Assembly: GCA_964612075.1 (NCBI GenBank)
Contig: CAZTFC010000003.1
Coordinates: 734 to 64,733 of the forward strand
Source of the DNA: an uncultured bacterium
Lineage (GTDB): Bacteria; Desulfobacterota; Deferrimicrobia; Deferrimicrobiales; Deferrimicrobiaceae
Direction: 5' to 3'
DNA: 64,000 nucleotides
Shown here: in pieces, positions 38,131 through 49,796 of the stretch
Layout of the letters: each line of letters opens with the position of its first letter
Numbering within the stretch: the first letter of the stretch is position 1
The notes under the pieces: generated by a model
What the model saw: the letters and a program-made list of their open reading frames with translations, nothing else
What the model was told of the DNA's origin: nothing
Databases searched by the model: none
Program-made: the position numbers and the translations under genes

Positions 38131-39546
38131 ATGGAATTCGAAGCGGTCATCGGCCTCGAGGTCCACGCCCAGCTCAAGACGGAGAGCAAGATCTTCTGCG
38201 CCTGCTCCGCGAAGTTCGGCGCCGGCCCCAACGAGAACACCTGCCCGGTGTGCACCGGCATGCCGGGGGTGCTCCCCGTCCTCAACCGGAAGGCGGTGGA
38301 GTACACCATCCGGACGGCGCTGGCCACCTCGTGCCGGGTGCAGCACAGGAGCGTCTTCGCACGCAAGAACTACTTCTACCCCGACCTGCCGAAGGCGTAC
38401 CAGATCTCCCAGTACGAGCTGCCGATCGCGCTGGGCGGCCATATCGATATCGAGGCCGACGGCGGGACGAAGCGGATCGGGATCACCCGGATCCACATGG
38501 AGGAGGACGCCGGCAAGCTGGTCCACGAGGGCGAGTTCGCCGGGGCGCAGGCCTCGCTGGCCGACCTCAACCGCTGCTCCGTGCCGCTCATGGAGATCGT
38601 CTCCGAGCCCGACATGCGCACGCCGGAGGAAGCGGGCGCCTACCTGCGCCGCCTCCACGACGTCCTTGTCTACCTCGAGGTGTGCGACGGGAACATGGAG
38701 GAGGGGTCGTTCCGCTGCGACGCCAACGTCTCGGTCCGCCCGAAGGGGCGGAAGGAGTTCGGGACGAAGGCGGAGCTCAAGAACATGAACTCCTTCCGCA
38801 ACGTGGAGAAGGCCCTCGAGTACGAGATCCGCCGGCAGGTCGAGACGATCGAGGACGGGGGAAGGGTGGTGCAGGAGACGCGCCTGTGGGACGCCAACGC
38901 CGGGGTGACCGTGTCGATGCGCCGGAAGGAGGAGGCGCACGACTACCGGTACTTCCCGGACCCCGACCTGCTCCCCCTGGTGGTGGAGGACGCGTGGGTC
39001 GAGGAGCTGCGCGGCACGATCCCCGAGCTGCCGGGCGAGAAGGTCGCCCGCCTCAAGCGCGACTACGGCCTCCCGAAATACGACGCCGGCATCCTGGCCT
39101 CGTCGAGGGCGCTGGCCGATTTCTTCGAGGCGTCCGCCGCGATCTTCGGAGGGGCCCCCAAGACGACCGCGAACGAGTGCGTCCACTGGAAGGACGCGAT
39201 CCTGGCCGGGAAGCTGGATCCGGAGACGATCGCGCACGCGGTGGAGGACCGGGAGAACGGGACGATCTCCGCGACGGCCTCCAAGAAGCTGGTCGAGGCC
39301 GTCCTCGAGACGGGGAAGCCGTTCCGGCGGCTGCGCGACGAGAAGGGGCTCACCCAGGTCTCCGACGCCTCGGCGCTCGACGCCGTCGTGGACAAGATCC
39401 TTGCCGCGAGCCCTAAGGAGGTCGAGAGCTACCGGGGCGGCAAGACGGGGCTGCTCTCGTTCTTCGTCGGGCAGGTGATGAAGGAGAGCCGCGGGAAGGC
39501 CAACCCGAAGATCGTGCAAGAGGTCTTGAAGAAGAAGCTGGGGTGA
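38131..39546 (+). CDS. gatB: Asp/Glu-tRNA amidotransferase subunit B
   Basis: [61 protein letters not shown]. Confidence 0.97.
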   Translation: MEFEAVIGLEVHAQLKTESKIFCACSAKFGAGPNENTCPVCTGMPGVLPVLNRKAVEYTIRTALATSCRVQHRSVFARKNYFYPDLPKAYQISQYELPIALGGHIDIEADGGTKRIGITRIHMEEDAGKLVHEGEFAGAQASLADLNRCSVPLMEIVSEPDMRTPEEAGAYLRRLHDVLVYLEVCDGNMEEGSFRCDANVSVRPKGRKEFGTKAELKNMNSFRNVEKALEYEIRRQVETIEDGGRVVQETRLWDANAGVTVSMRRKEEAHDYRYFPDPDLLPLVVEDAWVEELRGTIPELPGEKVARLKRDYGLPKYDAGILASSRALADFFEASAAIFGGAPKTTANECVHWKDAILAGKLDPETIAHAVEDRENGTISATASKKLVEAVLETGKPFRRLRDEKGLTQVSDASALDAVVDKILAASPKEVESYRGGKTGLLSFFVGQVMKESRGKANPKIVQEVLKKKLG

Positions 39547-39553
39547 CGACGGG

Positions 39554-40117
39554 ATGAAGAGCGGGACGCCCGGAAGGAAAGCGCTGATCGTCGTCGACAT
39601 GCTGAACGATTTCGTGCGCCCGGGGGCGCCGATGGAGCTGCCGGACGCGCGGTCGATCGTCCCCGCCCTTCGCCGCCGGATCGCGAAGGCGCGCCGCGAC
39701 GGAGAGCTCGTGATCTACGTCTGCGACTCCCGTCGGAAGAACGATCCGGCGTTCGCGCGGATGGGATGGCCTCCCCACGCCGTGGAGGGGACAGCCGGGG
39801 CCGCCGTGATCCCCGCCCTCTCGCCCGCCCCCGGCGACGTGGTGGTGGAGAAGCGTTCGCATTCCGGGTTCCACCGGACCGCGCTCGAAACCGTCCTCCG
39901 GAGGCACGCGATCTGGGCCGTCACGCTGGCGGGGTGCCCGACGAACGTCGGCGTTCTGTACACGGCGGCCTGCGCCTCGTCGCGCGGATACGACGTCACG
40001 GTCGACGAGAGGCACGTGGCGGGGCCTTCGCGGAGGGACCATGCCTTCGCCCTCGACCAGATGGAGAAGGCGCTGGGCGTCCGGGTGATCCGGTGCCCGG
40101 CGAAGCCCGCCCGATGA
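39554..40117 (+). CDS. Isochorismatase/nicotinamidase-family protein lacking the canonical catalytic Cys
   Basis: [40 protein letters not shown]. Confidence 0.8.
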   Translation: MKSGTPGRKALIVVDMLNDFVRPGAPMELPDARSIVPALRRRIAKARRDGELVIYVCDSRRKNDPAFARMGWPPHAVEGTAGAAVIPALSPAPGDVVVEKRSHSGFHRTALETVLRRHAIWAVTLAGCPTNVGVLYTAACASSRGYDVTVDERHVAGPSRRDHAFALDQMEKALGVRVIRCPAKPAR

Positions 40118-41154
40118 ACGGGTCCTTCGAAACGATGCGGTGGGAAGGCGACGCCCTGCTGCTTCTGGACCAGCGGGCCCTGCCCGCGGCGGAGTCGATG
40201 CGCCGCTATACGGGCGCGGACGGCGTGGCGGACGCCATCCGGACCATGGTGGTCCGCGGCGCGCCCGCGATCGGGGTGGCCGCGGCGTTCGGGCTGGTGC
40301 TGGCCGTCCGGGGCGCGCGGCGGAAAGGGAAGCCCTGGCGCGGCGCCTTCGACGAGGCGGCGGCCCGGCTGGCCGGAACGCGCCCCACCGCGGTGAACCT
40401 CTTCTGGGCCATCGACCGGATGAGGAAGGCGGCCGCGGCGCTTCCCGACGGCGATCCGGCGGGTGCCCTCGCCCGCCTCGAGCGGGAGGCGGTCGCGATC
40501 TTCGACGAGGACGTCGCCGCGAACCGGGCGATGGGGGCGCACGGCGCGAAGCTGCTGCCGCGGAAGGGGAACGTGCTGACCCACTGCAACGCCGGGGCGC
40601 TGGCCACGGCGGGGTACGGCACGGCGCTGGGAGTGATCCGGGCCGCGGTCTCGGCGGGCCGGAGGATCCACGTGTACGTGGATGAGACGCGCCCGTTCCT
40701 GCAGGGGGCGCGGCTGACCGCGTGGGAGCTTTTGAAGGACGGGATCCCCTGCACCCTGATCACGGACAACATGTCGGCCTCGCTCTTCGCGGCGGGGAGG
40801 ATCGACGCTGTCGTGGTTGGGGCGGACCGGATCGCCGCGAACGGCGACGTGGCGAACAAGGTCGGCACGTACGGCGTCGCGGTGCTGGCCCGCGTCCACA
40901 AGGTGCCGTTCTACGTGGCCGCCCCGCTGTCGACGATCGACCCCGCGCTGCGGACCGGAGCCTCGATCCCGATCGAGGAGCGCGACCCGTCCGAGGTGAC
41001 GCACCTGGCGGGCCGGCGCGTGGCGCCCGCCGGCGTCGCCGTGATCAATCCCGCGTTCGACGTGACCCCGGCCCGGTACGTGACCGCCATCGTGACCGAG
41101 AAAGGGGTCCTCGAACCGCCGTACCCCGGCGCCATCCGGAAACTGCTGCGTTGA
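40114..41154 (+). CDS. mtnA: Methylthioribose-1-phosphate isomerase
   Basis: [69 protein letters not shown]. Confidence 0.96.
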   Translation: MNGSFETMRWEGDALLLLDQRALPAAESMRRYTGADGVADAIRTMVVRGAPAIGVAAAFGLVLAVRGARRKGKPWRGAFDEAAARLAGTRPTAVNLFWAIDRMRKAAAALPDGDPAGALARLEREAVAIFDEDVAANRAMGAHGAKLLPRKGNVLTHCNAGALATAGYGTALGVIRAAVSAGRRIHVYVDETRPFLQGARLTAWELLKDGIPCTLITDNMSASLFAAGRIDAVVVGADRIAANGDVANKVGTYGVAVLARVHKVPFYVAAPLSTIDPALRTGASIPIEERDPSEVTHLAGRRVAPAGVAVINPAFDVTPARYVTAIVTEKGVLEPPYPGAIRKLLR

Positions 41155-44100
41155 GCTCGATCCTCGAGCGCCTGCGCGGGATCGGGGTGCTCGACACCGG
41201 GCGTTGCCTGGTCCTGCTCTCCGAGCTCTTCCGGCCCTCCCCGCAGGAGCACGAATGCCTGGAGGCGGCGCTGGCCGCCGCGGCACGGGCGGCCGACCCG
41301 GACCTCTTCTTCCTGAACCTCTCCCGGTGGGGCGACTCCCTTCCCGCCGACCGGCTCATGATCGCCTTGAGAAACGACCGGCTGCAGCCGCTGATCGGCG
41401 CGCTGCTCGGGGGATCGGAGTTCCTCCCCCAGCAGGTCGCCCGCCGCCCGGAGATCTTCGAGGCGCTCTTCCTCGGGGAAGGCGTGCTTTCGCGCCCCGC
41501 TCCCGGGGCGGTCGCCGCGGAGGCGCTGGAGGCGGCGGACCGGTGCGTGACGGAAGAAGAGATGAAGCGGGCGCTGCGCCTGCTGAAGCACCGGGAGATG
41601 ACCCGCATCGCGGCGCGCGACCTGGCGGGGCTCTCCCCGCTTCCCGAGGTGACGGAGGATCTGTCGGCGCTGGCGTCGGCGACGCTCGACGCGGCGGTCC
41701 GCTTCGCGCGGAGAGCGATCTCCGCGAAGTCCGGGGAGCCGACGGCGGAGCTCCCGGACGGCACGCGCCGGCCGTGCCGCTTCGTCGTCCTGGGGATGGG
41801 AAAGCTCGGGGGGCACGAGCTCAACTTCAGCTCCGACGTCGACCTGATCTACATCTACGAGACCGACCGGGGGGAGGTCGAGGGCGGCCCGCAGCCGATT
41901 TCCCTGCACCAGTATTTCGTCCGCCTGGGGGAGGCGGTCACGCGGATCATCTCCGAGGCGACGGAGGACGGGTTCGTCTTCCGCGTGGACCTGCGGTTGC
42001 GCCCGGAGGGGACGCGCGGGGAGCTGGTCATCTCCCAGCGGGCGGCGGAGATCTACTACGAGTCGTGGGGGCAGACCTGGGAGCGGGCGGCGCTCATCAA
42101 GGCGAGGCCCGTCGCAGGGGACCTGTCGCTGGGCGACGAGTTCCTGAAAAGCCTCGTCCCGTTCGTCTTCCGCAAGTACATGGATTTCACCTCGATCGAG
42201 GAGATCAAGGGGATGAAGGACCGGATCAACCAGGCGGCGGTGCGCGGGCGGAAAGGGGAGCGCGACCTGAAGCTGGGTGCCGGCGGGATCCGGGAGATCG
42301 AGTTCTTCGTCGCGGCGCACCAGCTCATTTACGGGGGGAAGGAGCCCTCGCTTCGGCTCCGCGGCACGGTGGAGGCGCTGGCGGCCCTCGCGCGGCTGCG
42401 GATCGTCACGGAGGGCGAGCAGGAGGCGCTGTCCGAGTCGTACGTGTTCCTGCGGCGGCTGGAGCACCGGATCCAGGTGCACCGGGAGCGCCAGACGCAC
42501 GCCCTGCCGCATGGGGAGGACGACCGCCGGAGGCTGGCCAGGACGATGGGCCTCGCGGACCCGCAGGCGCTGCTCGCCGCGCTGGACCGGAACGGCGCGG
42601 TCGTCCGCAGGATCTACAACCACCTCTTCGGGGAGGAGCGCGGGGCGGCGCCGAGCGGGATCCCCCCGGACGTCCAGGCGCTGTTTTTGCCCGGGCCGAT
42701 GCCGACGGACGCGTCGGAGCGGCTGTCGCGCCTGGGGTTCCGCGACGCGGAGGCGGCGCGGAAGAACCTGGAGGTCCTTCGGGACGGTCCCCCGCACGCG
42801 CGGATCTCGACGCGGGCCCGCCAGTACCTCAACCAGATCGCCCCGGAGGCGCTTCATCGCGCCGCGAAGAGCCCCGATCCCGACATGGCGCTGGTCCATC
42901 TCGAGCGGTTCCTGTCGGCCGTCGGCGCGCGCACCATGTTTTACGCCCTGCTGTTCGAGAAGCCGAAGGTGCTGGAGGCGCTCGTGCGCCTCTTCGGCAG
43001 CAGCCGATACCTCTCGGGCATCCTCCTCCTGCACCCGGAGCTCCTCGACACGTTCCTGCGCAACGACCTTTCCGTGCTGTACAAGGCGAAGACCGAGCTG
43101 CGGATGCAGCTCGGGGGCGACCTCGACGCGTGCGAAGGCTTCGAGGCGGAGCTCGACGCGCTGCGGCGCTTCAAGAACATGGAAACGCTGCGGATCGGCA
43201 TCCACGACATGGGGGGCGGGCTTTCCATCGAGGAGGGTATGGTCCAGCTGTCCGCGCTCGCGGAGGTCCTGCTGGGCCGCGCTTTGGCCCTCGCGCGCAG
43301 GGAGGTGCGCCGCCGCTTCGGCGTGCCGGTCGACGCCGGCACCGGGAAAGAGGCGCAATTCTCCGTAATGGGGATGGGGAAGCTGGGGGCGGAGGAGCTT
43401 TCCTACCACAGCGACCTCGACATCATCTTTCTGTATTCCGGCGCGGGGGAAAGCGCCGCGGACCCCTCGGGGCGGGGGGAGTTCCGCAGGATCACGAACC
43501 ACGAGTATTTCGCGAAGGTCGCCCAGCGCCTGATCTCCATCCTCACCACCGTGACGCGCGAGGGGTACGTCTACCGGCTCGACACGAGGCTTCGGCCCTC
43601 CGGCAACGCGGGCCCGCTGGTTTCCTCGCTGGAGGCCTTCCAGCGGTACCACGAAGGCGCCGCGCAGCTCTGGGAGCGGCAGGCGCTGCTGCGGTGCCGC
43701 TTCGTCGCGGGCGACCGGGAGTTCGGGAAAAGGGTGGAGGAGATGGCGAAGGAGTTCATCTTCGGGCGGCCTCTCCCCCCGAACGCGGCGGACGAGATCC
43801 ACCGGCTGAGGATGCGCATGGAGGTGGAGCTCGGGCGGGAGAGCGAGGACCGGCTGAACCTGAAGGTGGGGCGCGGCGGCGTCGTCGACGTGGAGTTCGC
43901 CGTCCAGTATCTGCAGCTGCTCCACGGCGGCTCCATGCCCGCCCTGCGGGCGCGGGGGACCCTGCGGGCCCTCTACGAGCTGCAGCGGGCCGGGATCGTC
44001 TCGCTGGACCAGTACAAGGTGCTGGACGGGGGATACCGATTCCTGAGGTCGCTGGACGTGCGCCTGCGCCTCTCGCAGGACTCCTCGATCGACCAGTTCG

Positions 44101-44198
44101 ACCCGAACGCCCTCGAGCCGGAAACGGTCGGGCGGTACCGGAAGGAGACGGGGAAGATCAGGAAGGTGTACCTGGAGCTGCTGGGGCTCCCGGGGTAG
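41151..44198 (+). CDS. glnE: Bifunctional glutamine synthetase adenylyltransferase/adenylyl-removing enzyme
   Basis: TTG start overlapping the mtnA stop; two NTase halves ([18 protein letters not shown]; [17 protein letters not shown]), [22 protein letters not shown]. Confidence 0.95.
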   Translation: MSSILERLRGIGVLDTGRCLVLLSELFRPSPQEHECLEAALAAAARAADPDLFFLNLSRWGDSLPADRLMIALRNDRLQPLIGALLGGSEFLPQQVARRPEIFEALFLGEGVLSRPAPGAVAAEALEAADRCVTEEEMKRALRLLKHREMTRIAARDLAGLSPLPEVTEDLSALASATLDAAVRFARRAISAKSGEPTAELPDGTRRPCRFVVLGMGKLGGHELNFSSDVDLIYIYETDRGEVEGGPQPISLHQYFVRLGEAVTRIISEATEDGFVFRVDLRLRPEGTRGELVISQRAAEIYYESWGQTWERAALIKARPVAGDLSLGDEFLKSLVPFVFRKYMDFTSIEEIKGMKDRINQAAVRGRKGERDLKLGAGGIREIEFFVAAHQLIYGGKEPSLRLRGTVEALAALARLRIVTEGEQEALSESYVFLRRLEHRIQVHRERQTHALPHGEDDRRRLARTMGLADPQALLAALDRNGAVVRRIYNHLFGEERGAAPSGIPPDVQALFLPGPMPTDASERLSRLGFRDAEAARKNLEVLRDGPPHARISTRARQYLNQIAPEALHRAAKSPDPDMALVHLERFLSAVGARTMFYALLFEKPKVLEALVRLFGSSRYLSGILLLHPELLDTFLRNDLSVLYKAKTELRMQLGGDLDACEGFEAELDALRRFKNMETLRIGIHDMGGGLSIEEGMVQLSALAEVLLGRALALARREVRRRFGVPVDAGTGKEAQFSVMGMGKLGAEELSYHSDLDIIFLYSGAGESAADPSGRGEFRRITNHEYFAKVAQRLISILTTVTREGYVYRLDTRLRPSGNAGPLVSSLEAFQRYHEGAAQLWERQALLRCRFVAGDREFGKRVEEMAKEFIFGRPLPPNAADEIHRLRMRMEVELGRESEDRLNLKVGRGGVVDVEFAVQYLQLLHGGSMPALRARGTLRALYELQRAGIVSLDQYKVLDGGYRFLRSLDVRLRLSQDSSIDQFDPNALEPETVGRYRKETGKIRKVYLELLGLPG

Positions 44199-44215
44199 CC
44201 CCCGGGAAACGGGGA

Positions 44216-44422
44216 TCAGCCGATCTCGTCGTCGGGGAAGTCGAACGTCGGCAGCCGCCGGATCCACTCGGCCACGACGGCCTGGACCGGACTCGCGGGA
44301 TTTCCATCGGTTTCCACCGAGAGCATCGCGTTGCGCAGCTCGGTCAGCAGGTGGGTGTTGAACCCTCCCACGTCTTCCCAGCTGGCGTCCGGGCCGCCCT
44401 CTTTGTCGTAGAACTGCGCCAT
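44216..44422 (-). CDS. Small acidic hypothetical protein (68 aa)
   Basis: RBS GAGGTGG before ATG 44422; MAQFYDKEGG...FDFPDDEIG; fills the gap between glnE and the Fe-S gene. Confidence 0.55.
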   Translation of the reverse strand: MAQFYDKEGGPDASWEDVGGFNTHLLTELRNAMLSVETDGNPASPVQAVVAEWIRRLPTFDFPDDEIG

Positions 44423-44464
44423 GTCCACCTCTGATGATATATACGGAACGGCGGCGGGAAAGAT

Positions 44465-46075
44465 TCAGATCTTTTTTTCCGCCGCCCGCTTCGGGACTAA
44501 GACTGTAGCGGCGTAGGGCAGCGGTGTCAATAGCCGGTTGTCGGGATTGCGGCTCTCGCCCGCGGAAGTGACCCGGATGCCCGCAAGGTCCGTAACGGGG
44601 CATTTGTACTCGCAGATGCCGCAGCCGATGCACAGCTCCGTATCCACTACCGGGACCCGGACCGGGACGCCGTCTTTCCCGGGCTGCTCCCGGAAATAGA
44701 TCGCCTTCTTGGGCGTCGGGCAATGCTCCTCGCAGACGATGCACGGGGTCCCCTGAGCGAAGGGGATGCAGCGGCCCGGGTCGACGAACGCCAGCCCGAT
44801 GACCGTCTTGCGCTTCTCCTCCACGGGAAGGCGCTTGATGGCGGCGGTCGGGCAGACCTGGCCGCACAGGGTGCAGTTGTACTCGCAGTAGCCGATCTTG
44901 GAAACGAGCACCGGGGTCCAGATTCCCTCGACGCCCGCCTCGAGCAGGGTGGGCTGGAGCCCCCCGGTGATGCAGACCTTCATGCATTCCCCGCAGCGGA
45001 CGCAGCGCGACAGGAATTCGTCCTCCCTCGCGGAGCCCGGCGGCCGCACGAGAGACGCCACGGGCACCGCCGACGTCGGGGTGGCTTTCAGGACGATGGC
45101 GGAGCCCGCGCCGAAGGAGAGCGCCGCCAGCACCGACCGGCGCCGGACGTCCACCCGGTCCGCCGTGCCGCGGGAGAATGAGAACTTCCAGGAAAGCGCG
45201 TCTTCCGGGCAGGCCGCCGTGCAGTTGAAGCAGGTCACGCACTCCGAGGGGGACCATTTCCCGCCGAGATGCGGGTTGGCTCCCCCCGCGCAGGCGTCGC
45301 GGCATTTCATGCAGTGCGTGCACCTGTCGTTCATCGACAGGCGCAGCAGCCCGGCGCGGGACAGCAGCGCCAGGAGCGCTCCCAGCGGGCAGACGAAGCG
45401 GCAGAAGAAACGGGTGCGGTGCCGGTTCAGCGCCAGCGCCCCCAGGAACAGGAGGAAGAAGAGGAACGCCTGCCCGTACCGCGACAGGTGGAACGACAGG
45501 AAGTGCGCCTGGAGGAAGGTGTACGCGCCGTCGAAGACGTCGGACACGGGGCGGGAGGGCAGGGCGTACCCCCATTCGAGGAAGGCGCGCAGCCCCGCGT
45601 TGACCGCCGGCAGGATCGAAAGCGACAGCGACCGGATCAGGAAGGAGATCGGGTCGAGGATCCCCGCCGCCTGGAGCCCGAGGAGGGCTGCACCGGCGAA
45701 GAACAGGAGCGCGAGGTATTTCCACCGGCTGCCCGCGGTCTTCACGCCCCGCTCGGGGGAGGCCGGCCTCCCGGCGAAGCTCGTCGCGTGGTGCAGCGTG
45801 CCGAAGGGGCAGAGCCACCCGCAGAAGGCGCGCCCGAACAGCAGCGTCACCGGGATGAAGACGAGCGCCAGGAAGAGCGCCGCGGGCACCTTGTGCGCCG
45901 AGAGGAGCGAGGTGGCGAGGACGAGGAGGTCGGCGTCCAGGAACACCTTCACCGGGTACGCCAGCTCGTCGCTGCCGCCGTAGTCGGTCTTGACCAGGAG
46001 GACGAGGAACAGGGAGAGGAAGGCCGCCTGGGAGATCCGCCGGGCGGTCCGCTTGACATCGTTGGCGCGGCGCAT
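44465..46075 (-). CDS. Membrane polyferredoxin (NapH/MauN-like TM module fused to NapG/MauM-like 4Fe-4S module)
   Basis: GRAFCGWLCPFG, RFFCRFVCPLGA, CTHCMKC, CVTCFNC, CVRCGEC, YCEYNCTLCGQVCP, CIGCGICEYKCP. Confidence 0.9.
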   Translation of the reverse strand: MRRANDVKRTARRISQAAFLSLFLVLLVKTDYGGSDELAYPVKVFLDADLLVLATSLLSAHKVPAALFLALVFIPVTLLFGRAFCGWLCPFGTLHHATSFAGRPASPERGVKTAGSRWKYLALLFFAGAALLGLQAAGILDPISFLIRSLSLSILPAVNAGLRAFLEWGYALPSRPVSDVFDGAYTFLQAHFLSFHLSRYGQAFLFFLLFLGALALNRHRTRFFCRFVCPLGALLALLSRAGLLRLSMNDRCTHCMKCRDACAGGANPHLGGKWSPSECVTCFNCTAACPEDALSWKFSFSRGTADRVDVRRRSVLAALSFGAGSAIVLKATPTSAVPVASLVRPPGSAREDEFLSRCVRCGECMKVCITGGLQPTLLEAGVEGIWTPVLVSKIGYCEYNCTLCGQVCPTAAIKRLPVEEKRKTVIGLAFVDPGRCIPFAQGTPCIVCEEHCPTPKKAIYFREQPGKDGVPVRVPVVDTELCIGCGICEYKCPVTDLAGIRVTSAGESRNPDNRLLTPLPYAATVLVPKRAAEKKI

Positions 46076-46090
46076 CGCGGGCCGTCCCTC

Positions 46091-46792
46091 CTAACCGTAG
46101 TCGGGACGGGCCGCGTACGGGAGGGGGTCGACCGCGTCCGCTTCCGCGAACGCGCGCAGCCGCAGGGCGCACGAGTCGCACAGGCCGCACGCCCTTTCCT
46201 CCTCCCGGTAGCACGACCAGGAATGTTCGAAGGGGACGCCCATGGACACCCCCATCCGGACGATGTCCTTCTTCTTGAGCCCGATGAACGGCGCCTTGAC
46301 CGTGATCCCGCTGCCTTGCTTCGTCCCGCGGCGTATCGCCTCGTTCATGGCCTCGTAGAACTCCGGCCGGCAGTCGGGGTAGCCGGAGGAGTCGGCCTCC
46401 ACCGCCCCGATGTAGATGTTACCGGCGCCGATCACCTCGGCCCACGACACGGCGATGGCCACGAGGTGGGCGTTGCGGAAGGGGACGTAGGTGACGGGGA
46501 CTTCCCCGCGCCCCAGGTCGGCCGCCGGGACGTCGATCGATCCGTCGGTCAGGGCGCTCCCGCCGATGGCCTTGAGGTACCCGATGTCCGCGACCAGGCG
46601 GCGCGACTCGGGGACCTCGAGGTATTCCGCGATGGCGCGGAAGCAGGCCAGCTCCCGCCTTTCCGTGCGCTGCCCGTAGTTGACGTGGAGGAGCGCCAGC
46701 TCGGACTCCCGGCGGCAGAATGCGGCCATCACGAGGCTGTCCATCCCGCCGCTGACCAGCGCGATCCCCGGCGGCTTCCCGCGGTCGCCCAC
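46091..46792 (-). CDS. queC: 7-cyano-7-deazaguanine synthase
   Basis: LVSGGMDS, HVNYGQR, TYVPFRN, SSGYPDCRP, SWSCY...CGLCDSC; GTG start. Confidence 0.95.
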   Translation of the reverse strand: MGDRGKPPGIALVSGGMDSLVMAAFCRRESELALLHVNYGQRTERRELACFRAIAEYLEVPESRRLVADIGYLKAIGGSALTDGSIDVPAADLGRGEVPVTYVPFRNAHLVAIAVSWAEVIGAGNIYIGAVEADSSGYPDCRPEFYEAMNEAIRRGTKQGSGITVKAPFIGLKKKDIVRMGVSMGVPFEHSWSCYREEERACGLCDSCALRLRAFAEADAVDPLPYAARPDYG

Positions 46793-46796
46793 GCGT

Positions 46797-47435
46797 TCAG
46801 ACCCCACGGCGGTCCGGCCCCCAGACGAACTTGTGGAGCTGGAGCTGGAACCGGACGTCCAGCGCGTCCTCGAGGATCCACCCCGCGAGCGTCTCGGGCG
46901 GAAGGAAGCCGAAGGCGGGCGAGAAGAGGACCCCCCAGCCCGCTTCCCCGCGGAAGCGCGCGAGCACGTCCTTGGCGTACCGGTAATCCTCCGCGTCGCT
47001 GATGACGAACTTGACCTCGTCCCGGTCGCCGAGGTGCCGGAAGTTGCTCCAGAGCGTCTTCTTGTGCTCGCCGGAGGCGGGGCATTTCACGTCCATGATC
47101 TTGACCGCCCTCGGGTCGAGGCAAGACAGCGGGATCGTCCCGTTGGTCTCGACGAGCACCAGGTGCCCCCGGTCGAGCAGCTCCTTCACGAGGGCCGGGG
47201 TCTTCTCCTGGAGCATCGGCTCCCCGCCCGTGACGCAGGCCCGGGAAAGCCCGAACGCGGCGAGGCGGGAGACGACCTCCTCCAGCGGGAACTCCCTGCC
47301 GGAATCGTAGGCGTAGGTGGTGTCGCAATACCGGCAGCGGAGGTTGCACCCGGTCAGCCGCACGAAGACGAACGGGAGGCCGGAATACGACGTCTCCCCC
47401 TGGATCCCGGCGAAGATCTCCGTGATCGTCAGCAA
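46797..47435 (-). CDS. queE: 7-carboxy-7-deazaguanine synthase (radical SAM)
   Basis: [49 protein letters not shown]; TTG start overlapping the ilvE stop. Confidence 0.93.
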   Translation of the reverse strand: MLTITEIFAGIQGETSYSGLPFVFVRLTGCNLRCRYCDTTYAYDSGREFPLEEVVSRLAAFGLSRACVTGGEPMLQEKTPALVKELLDRGHLVLVETNGTIPLSCLDPRAVKIMDVKCPASGEHKKTLWSNFRHLGDRDEVKFVISDAEDYRYAKDVLARFRGEAGWGVLFSPAFGFLPPETLAGWILEDALDVRFQLQLHKFVWGPDRRGV

Positions 47436-48346
47436 CGGCTCAGCCAGTGCTGGAACAGGGCGTTCTTCCCACGCAGGATGTCGAAGAAATACGCCTGGAT
47501 CTGCTTCGTTATCGGCCCCGGCTTCCCTGCGCCGACCTTCCGGTCGTCCACCTCGCGGACGGGGGTGATCTCCGCGGCGGTCCCGGTGAAGAACATCTCG
47601 TCCGCGATGTACATCTCGTCCCGGGTGAACCGGCTTTCCTTCACCGGGATGTCCATCTTCCGCGCGATCGTGATCACCGCGTCCCGGGTGATCCCCGGCA
47701 GGACGGAGGTCAGCGGCGGGGTCTGGAGGATCCCGTTCCGGACGAGGAAGATGTTCTCGCCCGACGCCTCCGCCACGTACCCCTCCGTGTCGAGGAGCAC
47801 CGCCTCGTCGTACCCCGCCTTGACGACTTCCCATTTCGCCAGGACGGAGTTGACGTAGTACCCGCACACCTTCCCCTTGGACATCGCCGCGTTGACGTGG
47901 TGGCGGTTGAAGGACGACACCTTCGCGCGGATCCCTTTTTTCAGCCCTTCCTCGCCGAGGTACGCCCCCCAGGGCCAGACGGCGATCGCCACCCGGACCG
48001 GGTTGGACCGGGCGAACAGCCCCATCTCGCCCTCCCCCAGGAAGACGATCGGGCGGATGTACCCCTCCTCCAGCTCGTTCGCCTGCAGCGTCTTGTGGAT
48101 GGCGGCGCAGATCTCCTCGCGGGTGAAGGGGATTTCCAGCAGGACGATATGGGCCGAGTCGAAGAGCCGGTCGACGTGCTCCTTCAGGCGGAAGACGGCG
48201 GAGCCGCCGTCCTCGGTCTTGTAGCAGCGGATCCCCTCGAACACCCCGACGCCGTAGTGCAGGGTATGGGTCAGCACGTGGAGCTGCGCCTCGTCCCAGT
48301 TCACGAGCTTGCCGTCGAACCAGATCTTCTTCGATTTCTGAACCAC
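47429..48346 (-). CDS. ilvE: Branched-chain amino acid aminotransferase
   Basis: [57 protein letters not shown]. Confidence 0.96.
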   Translation of the reverse strand: MVQKSKKIWFDGKLVNWDEAQLHVLTHTLHYGVGVFEGIRCYKTEDGGSAVFRLKEHVDRLFDSAHIVLLEIPFTREEICAAIHKTLQANELEEGYIRPIVFLGEGEMGLFARSNPVRVAIAVWPWGAYLGEEGLKKGIRAKVSSFNRHHVNAAMSKGKVCGYYVNSVLAKWEVVKAGYDEAVLLDTEGYVAEASGENIFLVRNGILQTPPLTSVLPGITRDAVITIARKMDIPVKESRFTRDEMYIADEMFFTGTAAEITPVREVDDRKVGAGKPGPITKQIQAYFFDILRGKNALFQHWLSRC

Positions 48347-48378
48347 GGGACGCACCCCCTATGCTGACGGTATATGCT

Positions 48379-48407
48379 ATTCTTGCAACAGCGGGAAATA
48401 CTGTCAA
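48379..48407 (-). promoter_or_regulatory. Sigma70-like promoter for the ilvE-queE-queC operon
   Basis: TTGACA-N17-AAGAAT with extended TG on the minus strand. Confidence 0.45.
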
Positions 48408-48465
48408 TTCCACGGCATTCCCATCCGCCGGGCGCCATCGCCCGGGGAAAGGACGCACGCCTCTC

Positions 48466-49467
48466 TTGCCGCAACTACCCACCATCCCCCCCGGGACGGC
48501 GGAAAACCGACGGGCAAGGGTCGCGACCGCCCGTTTTTCCCTGGGGAGCGCGGTTTTCCTGTGCCTCGTCAAGCTGGCGACCGGAATCCTTTCCGGGTCG
48601 CTCGCCGTCCTGGCCTCGGCGATGGACAACGTCGCGGACATCTTCATGTCCGCCGTCAACCTGTTCGCGATCACGAAAGCGGCGGACCCCGCGGACGAGA
48701 AGCACCCCTACGGCCACGGGAAGGTCGAGGCCGCGGCGACGATGTTCCAGGGCGCAGTCATCACGCTGACCGGGGCGGGAGTGGTTTTCGAGGCGGTGCG
48801 GCGCCTGATGCGGGGGCAGGCGCCGGAAGGGTCGGGGCTGGACGCGGGGATCCTGGTGATGCTGTTTTCCATGGCCGCGTCCTGGCTGGTCTCCTCCCGG
48901 ATCCGGAAGGCGGGGGAGGCCACCGGCTCCACCGCGCTTCTGGCCGATTCCCTCCACTTCCGCACGGACCTCTATGCGGGCGCGGGCATCCTGGTCTCCC
49001 TGGTCCTGTACCGGTTCACGGGATGGAAATGGCTGGACCCGGGGATCGCGCTGGTGGTGGGGGCCTACATCTTCGTCGCCGCCCTGCCGCTCCTGGGGGG
49101 GGCCGCCCGGGACCTGATGGACACCGGCCTGCCGCCCGAGACCGTGCAGACCATCGGGGACGTCATCGACCGGCACCGGCCGATGGTCCGGGGGTGGCAC
49201 GCCCTGCGGACCCGCCGGTCCGGGTCCGAGATCCACGTCGATTTCCACGTGGAGGTCTGCCGGGAGACGACGCTGGAGGAGGCGCACCGGGTCGCGGACC
49301 ACCTGGAGCACGAGATCAACGAACTGCTGGGGGGCGCCAACGTGGTGACACACATAGATCCCTGCCAGATGGAGTGCCCGGGGACGCAGGAGTGCGCCCG
49401 GATGAAGCAGATGGTCCGGGATTTCGCCGGGCCGGGCCGGGACGGGATGAAAAGGAGGAAGCCATGA
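48466..49467 (+). CDS. Cation diffusion facilitator (FieF-like)
   Basis: SLAVLASAMD, ADEKHPYGHGKVE, LLADSLHFRTD, LDPGIA, IHVDFH, THIDP; start uncertain (TTG 48466). Confidence 0.92.
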   Translation: MPQLPTIPPGTAENRRARVATARFSLGSAVFLCLVKLATGILSGSLAVLASAMDNVADIFMSAVNLFAITKAADPADEKHPYGHGKVEAAATMFQGAVITLTGAGVVFEAVRRLMRGQAPEGSGLDAGILVMLFSMAASWLVSSRIRKAGEATGSTALLADSLHFRTDLYAGAGILVSLVLYRFTGWKWLDPGIALVVGAYIFVAALPLLGGAARDLMDTGLPPETVQTIGDVIDRHRPMVRGWHALRTRRSGSEIHVDFHVEVCRETTLEEAHRVADHLEHEINELLGGANVVTHIDPCQMECPGTQECARMKQMVRDFAGPGRDGMKRRKP

Positions 49468-49796
49468 GAGGATCGATCGTCCTTCTGGTCGTTCTGCTGG
49501 CGCTTCTGGCGATATTCACCCTGCAGAACCCCGAGGTCGTCACCGTGCGGTTCCTCGCGTTCACGGGGAACACGCTGCTGCTGGTGGTGGTCTTGGGGGC
49601 GTTCGCGACGGGCGTGTTCGGGGCCGGCCTCGCCGCGCTCCCCGGCTATTTCCGGCGACGGGGCGAGATTAAAACGGCGCAGCAGCGCATCCTCGATCTC
49701 GAAACGGAGACGAAGGCCTTGAGGGAGGAGATCTACCAGCTGAGGAAAAAGCTGGATGGGTCCAAGGAGGTTCCGAAGCCGGGAGGGACGGGGTGA
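49464..49796 (+). CDS. LapA-family (DUF1049) membrane protein
   Basis: IFTLQNPEVVTVRFL; 2 TM plus coiled coil; ATGA overlap. Confidence 0.85.
   Translation: MRGSIVLLVVLLALLAIFTLQNPEVVTVRFLAFTGNTLLLVVVLGAFATGVFGAGLAALPGYFRRRGEIKTAQQRILDLETETKALREEIYQLRKKLDGSKEVPKPGGTG

Noticed and set aside
40911-46214. 1767-aa minus-strand ORF and other long overlapping ORFs (11580-14588, 21002-24028, 36672-39416, 41204-44434)
   Set aside because: Stop-poor shadow frames typical of high-GC DNA, overlapping well-supported genes and lacking recognisable motifs.
47436-48674. 625-aa QueE with a long N-terminal extension
   Set aside because: The extension is an alternate frame over ilvE; radical SAM homology begins at about 47435.
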